DNA of 32,000 bases from Methanocaldococcus jannaschii DSM 2661 (GTDB lineage: Archaea > AGJL01 > Methanococci > Methanococcales > Methanocaldococcaceae): positions 1,279,460 to 1,311,459 of the forward strand of contig NC_000909.1 in assembly GCF_000091665.1 (NCBI RefSeq), read 5' to 3'. A program made the position numbers and the translations under genes. How positions within the stretch are numbered: position 1 is the stretch's first letter; each line of letters starts with the position of its first letter. Under the pieces are notes generated by a model. It worked only from the letters and a program-made list of their open reading frames with translations. It did no database searches and had not been told where the DNA came from. Below, piece by piece: positions 30,891 through 32,000 of this stretch.

Positions 30891-31769
30891 ATGAGAGCTT
30901 ATCCCATCAAAACAAGATACATAAAAAGGGGAGAAAATTTTATCCCAATTGTTGTTGAAGCAATAAAAAATAGTGGAATTAAATTAGAGGATGGAGATTT
31001 TGTAGTATTAAGTGAAAAGATGGTTTCAACTGCTGAGGGAAATTTTATTGATGAGAGTAAATTTAAACCAGGAGTTTTAGCTTATCTCTGCTATTATTGG
31101 TCTAAATATCTTTGGGGCTATGTGCTTGGAAAGTTATTGAAAGTTAAAGAAGATAAAATAAAAAATTTGAGAAGAATGCCAAAGGAAGAGACTTTAAAGC
31201 ATAAACAGACAATTATAGAAATAGTTGGATTAAGATATGCCTTAAAACCTTATGCTGAAGGAGGAGTTGATTTAACAAACGTCCCTGGGACTTATGCCTG
31301 TCCTCTCCCAAAAAATCCAAAAAAATGGGCTGAGGAGTTATATAAAGAGATAAAAAAAGAATTAGGTGTTGATGTTGTTGTTATGGTTGCCGATACTGAT
31401 GCTACTTATAGAGTTTTGAATTTCTATTTTACCGCTCTTCCCTATGCAATTGATGGAATAATAAGTGGTATTGGAGTTTTTGGTTTCATTCTTGGAAGGT
31501 TGGCAGATGTTTTAAAGATTGGTGGATTTGCTGGATGCACACCATTAGCAATAGCTGGAAATGAGGTATATAAAAAGTATTCTATTGGTGAGCTTACAAG
31601 GATAGCTTTTATTTGTGATAGAGTGCATAAAACAATAAAAAACATTAATGAAGTTTTAGAAAAATACAACACCTATGTTATAACTGAAGAGATTTTGGAA
31701 AAATTGGAGCATACTCCAGTAGTAGTTGTTAAAATTAAGGAAGAGTATAAACCAGAATCTCAAAGATAA
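30891..31769 (+). CDS. CofE-like coenzyme F420-0:L-glutamate ligase family protein (paralog)
   Basis: MRAYPIKTRYIKRGENF...LEDGDFVVLSEKMVSTAEGN...; VVMVADTDATYRVLNFYFTALPYAIDGIISGIGVFGFILG; similar to but divergent from canonical CofE. Confidence 0.65.
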   Translation: MRAYPIKTRYIKRGENFIPIVVEAIKNSGIKLEDGDFVVLSEKMVSTAEGNFIDESKFKPGVLAYLCYYWSKYLWGYVLGKLLKVKEDKIKNLRRMPKEETLKHKQTIIEIVGLRYALKPYAEGGVDLTNVPGTYACPLPKNPKKWAEELYKEIKKELGVDVVVMVADTDATYRVLNFYFTALPYAIDGIISGIGVFGFILGRLADVLKIGGFAGCTPLAIAGNEVYKKYSIGELTRIAFICDRVHKTIKNINEVLEKYNTYVITEEILEKLEHTPVVVVKIKEEYKPESQR

Positions 31770-31838
31770 TTTTTAAAATAATTATTATTGCTGTTTTAAG
31801 CATTTTCTCATAACTCATTAGATATTTTCTGAAATACT

Positions 31839-32000
31839 TTACCATCCAAGCAATGCAAATATAAAGCCAATAACACCAATTAGTGTTGCCACATAGGAGA
31901 TAGGATATATCTGTTTAAATAAAAGTACTGGCGAAAATGCCCTAACAAATGTGGCCAATATAGGGAATATCAAAGCTATAGCAAAGTTTTCAACTATTGT
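31839..32000 (-). CDS. DMT/EamA-like transporter C-terminus (5' part outside window)
   Basis: Reverse frame reads TIVENFAIALIFPILATFVRAFSPVLLFKQIYPISYVATLIGVIGFIFALLGW*. Confidence 0.6.
   Translation of the reverse strand, partial: TIVENFAIALIFPILATFVRAFSPVLLFKQIYPISYVATLIGVIGFIFALLGW

Overview
This window matches a hyperthermophilic Methanocaldococcus-type methanogen chromosome. I recognise the gene order as very like the M. jannaschii MJ1329-MJ1362 region, from memory and without a database check. It carries mostly chromosomal genes plus some decaying ones: methionine aminopeptidase (5'-truncated), a PgpA/CobZ-like protein, a YchF-type GTPase, GalU, and remnants of a heptose-phosphate module (gmhA/hldE-like, frameshifted and deleted). 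Next come a kinase-fold protein, an HmdII-like paralog, a Ras-like GTPase plus Roadblock pair, a DegT-like PLP enzyme, glnK-amt, a TPR protein, glnA and queC. A split archaeal glutamate synthase follows, with an FrhB/F420-type iron-sulfur protein beside it, then nadE and a selenocysteine-containing formate dehydrogenase alpha subunit. The right end has a DUF505-like protein, an RCK potassium channel, a KaiC-like ATPase and a CofE-like ligase. The strongest non-coding signals are: (1) a textbook archaeal SECIS hairpin in the 5' UTR of fdhA (24627-24673, minus) paired with an in-frame UGA at 24179-24181; (2) GGAA-N6-TTCC NrpR-type operators upstream of glnK (12059-12072) and glnA (13437-13450), both near the expected transcription start; (3) a nested inverted repeat between gltB and its GXGXG-domain gene (18792-18889), and a hairpin over the stop codon of the latter (17967-17989) next to a diverged copy of that gene's 3' end. 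I found no CRISPR array, complete transposon, tRNA or rRNA. I do not see a clearly new defence-type system.
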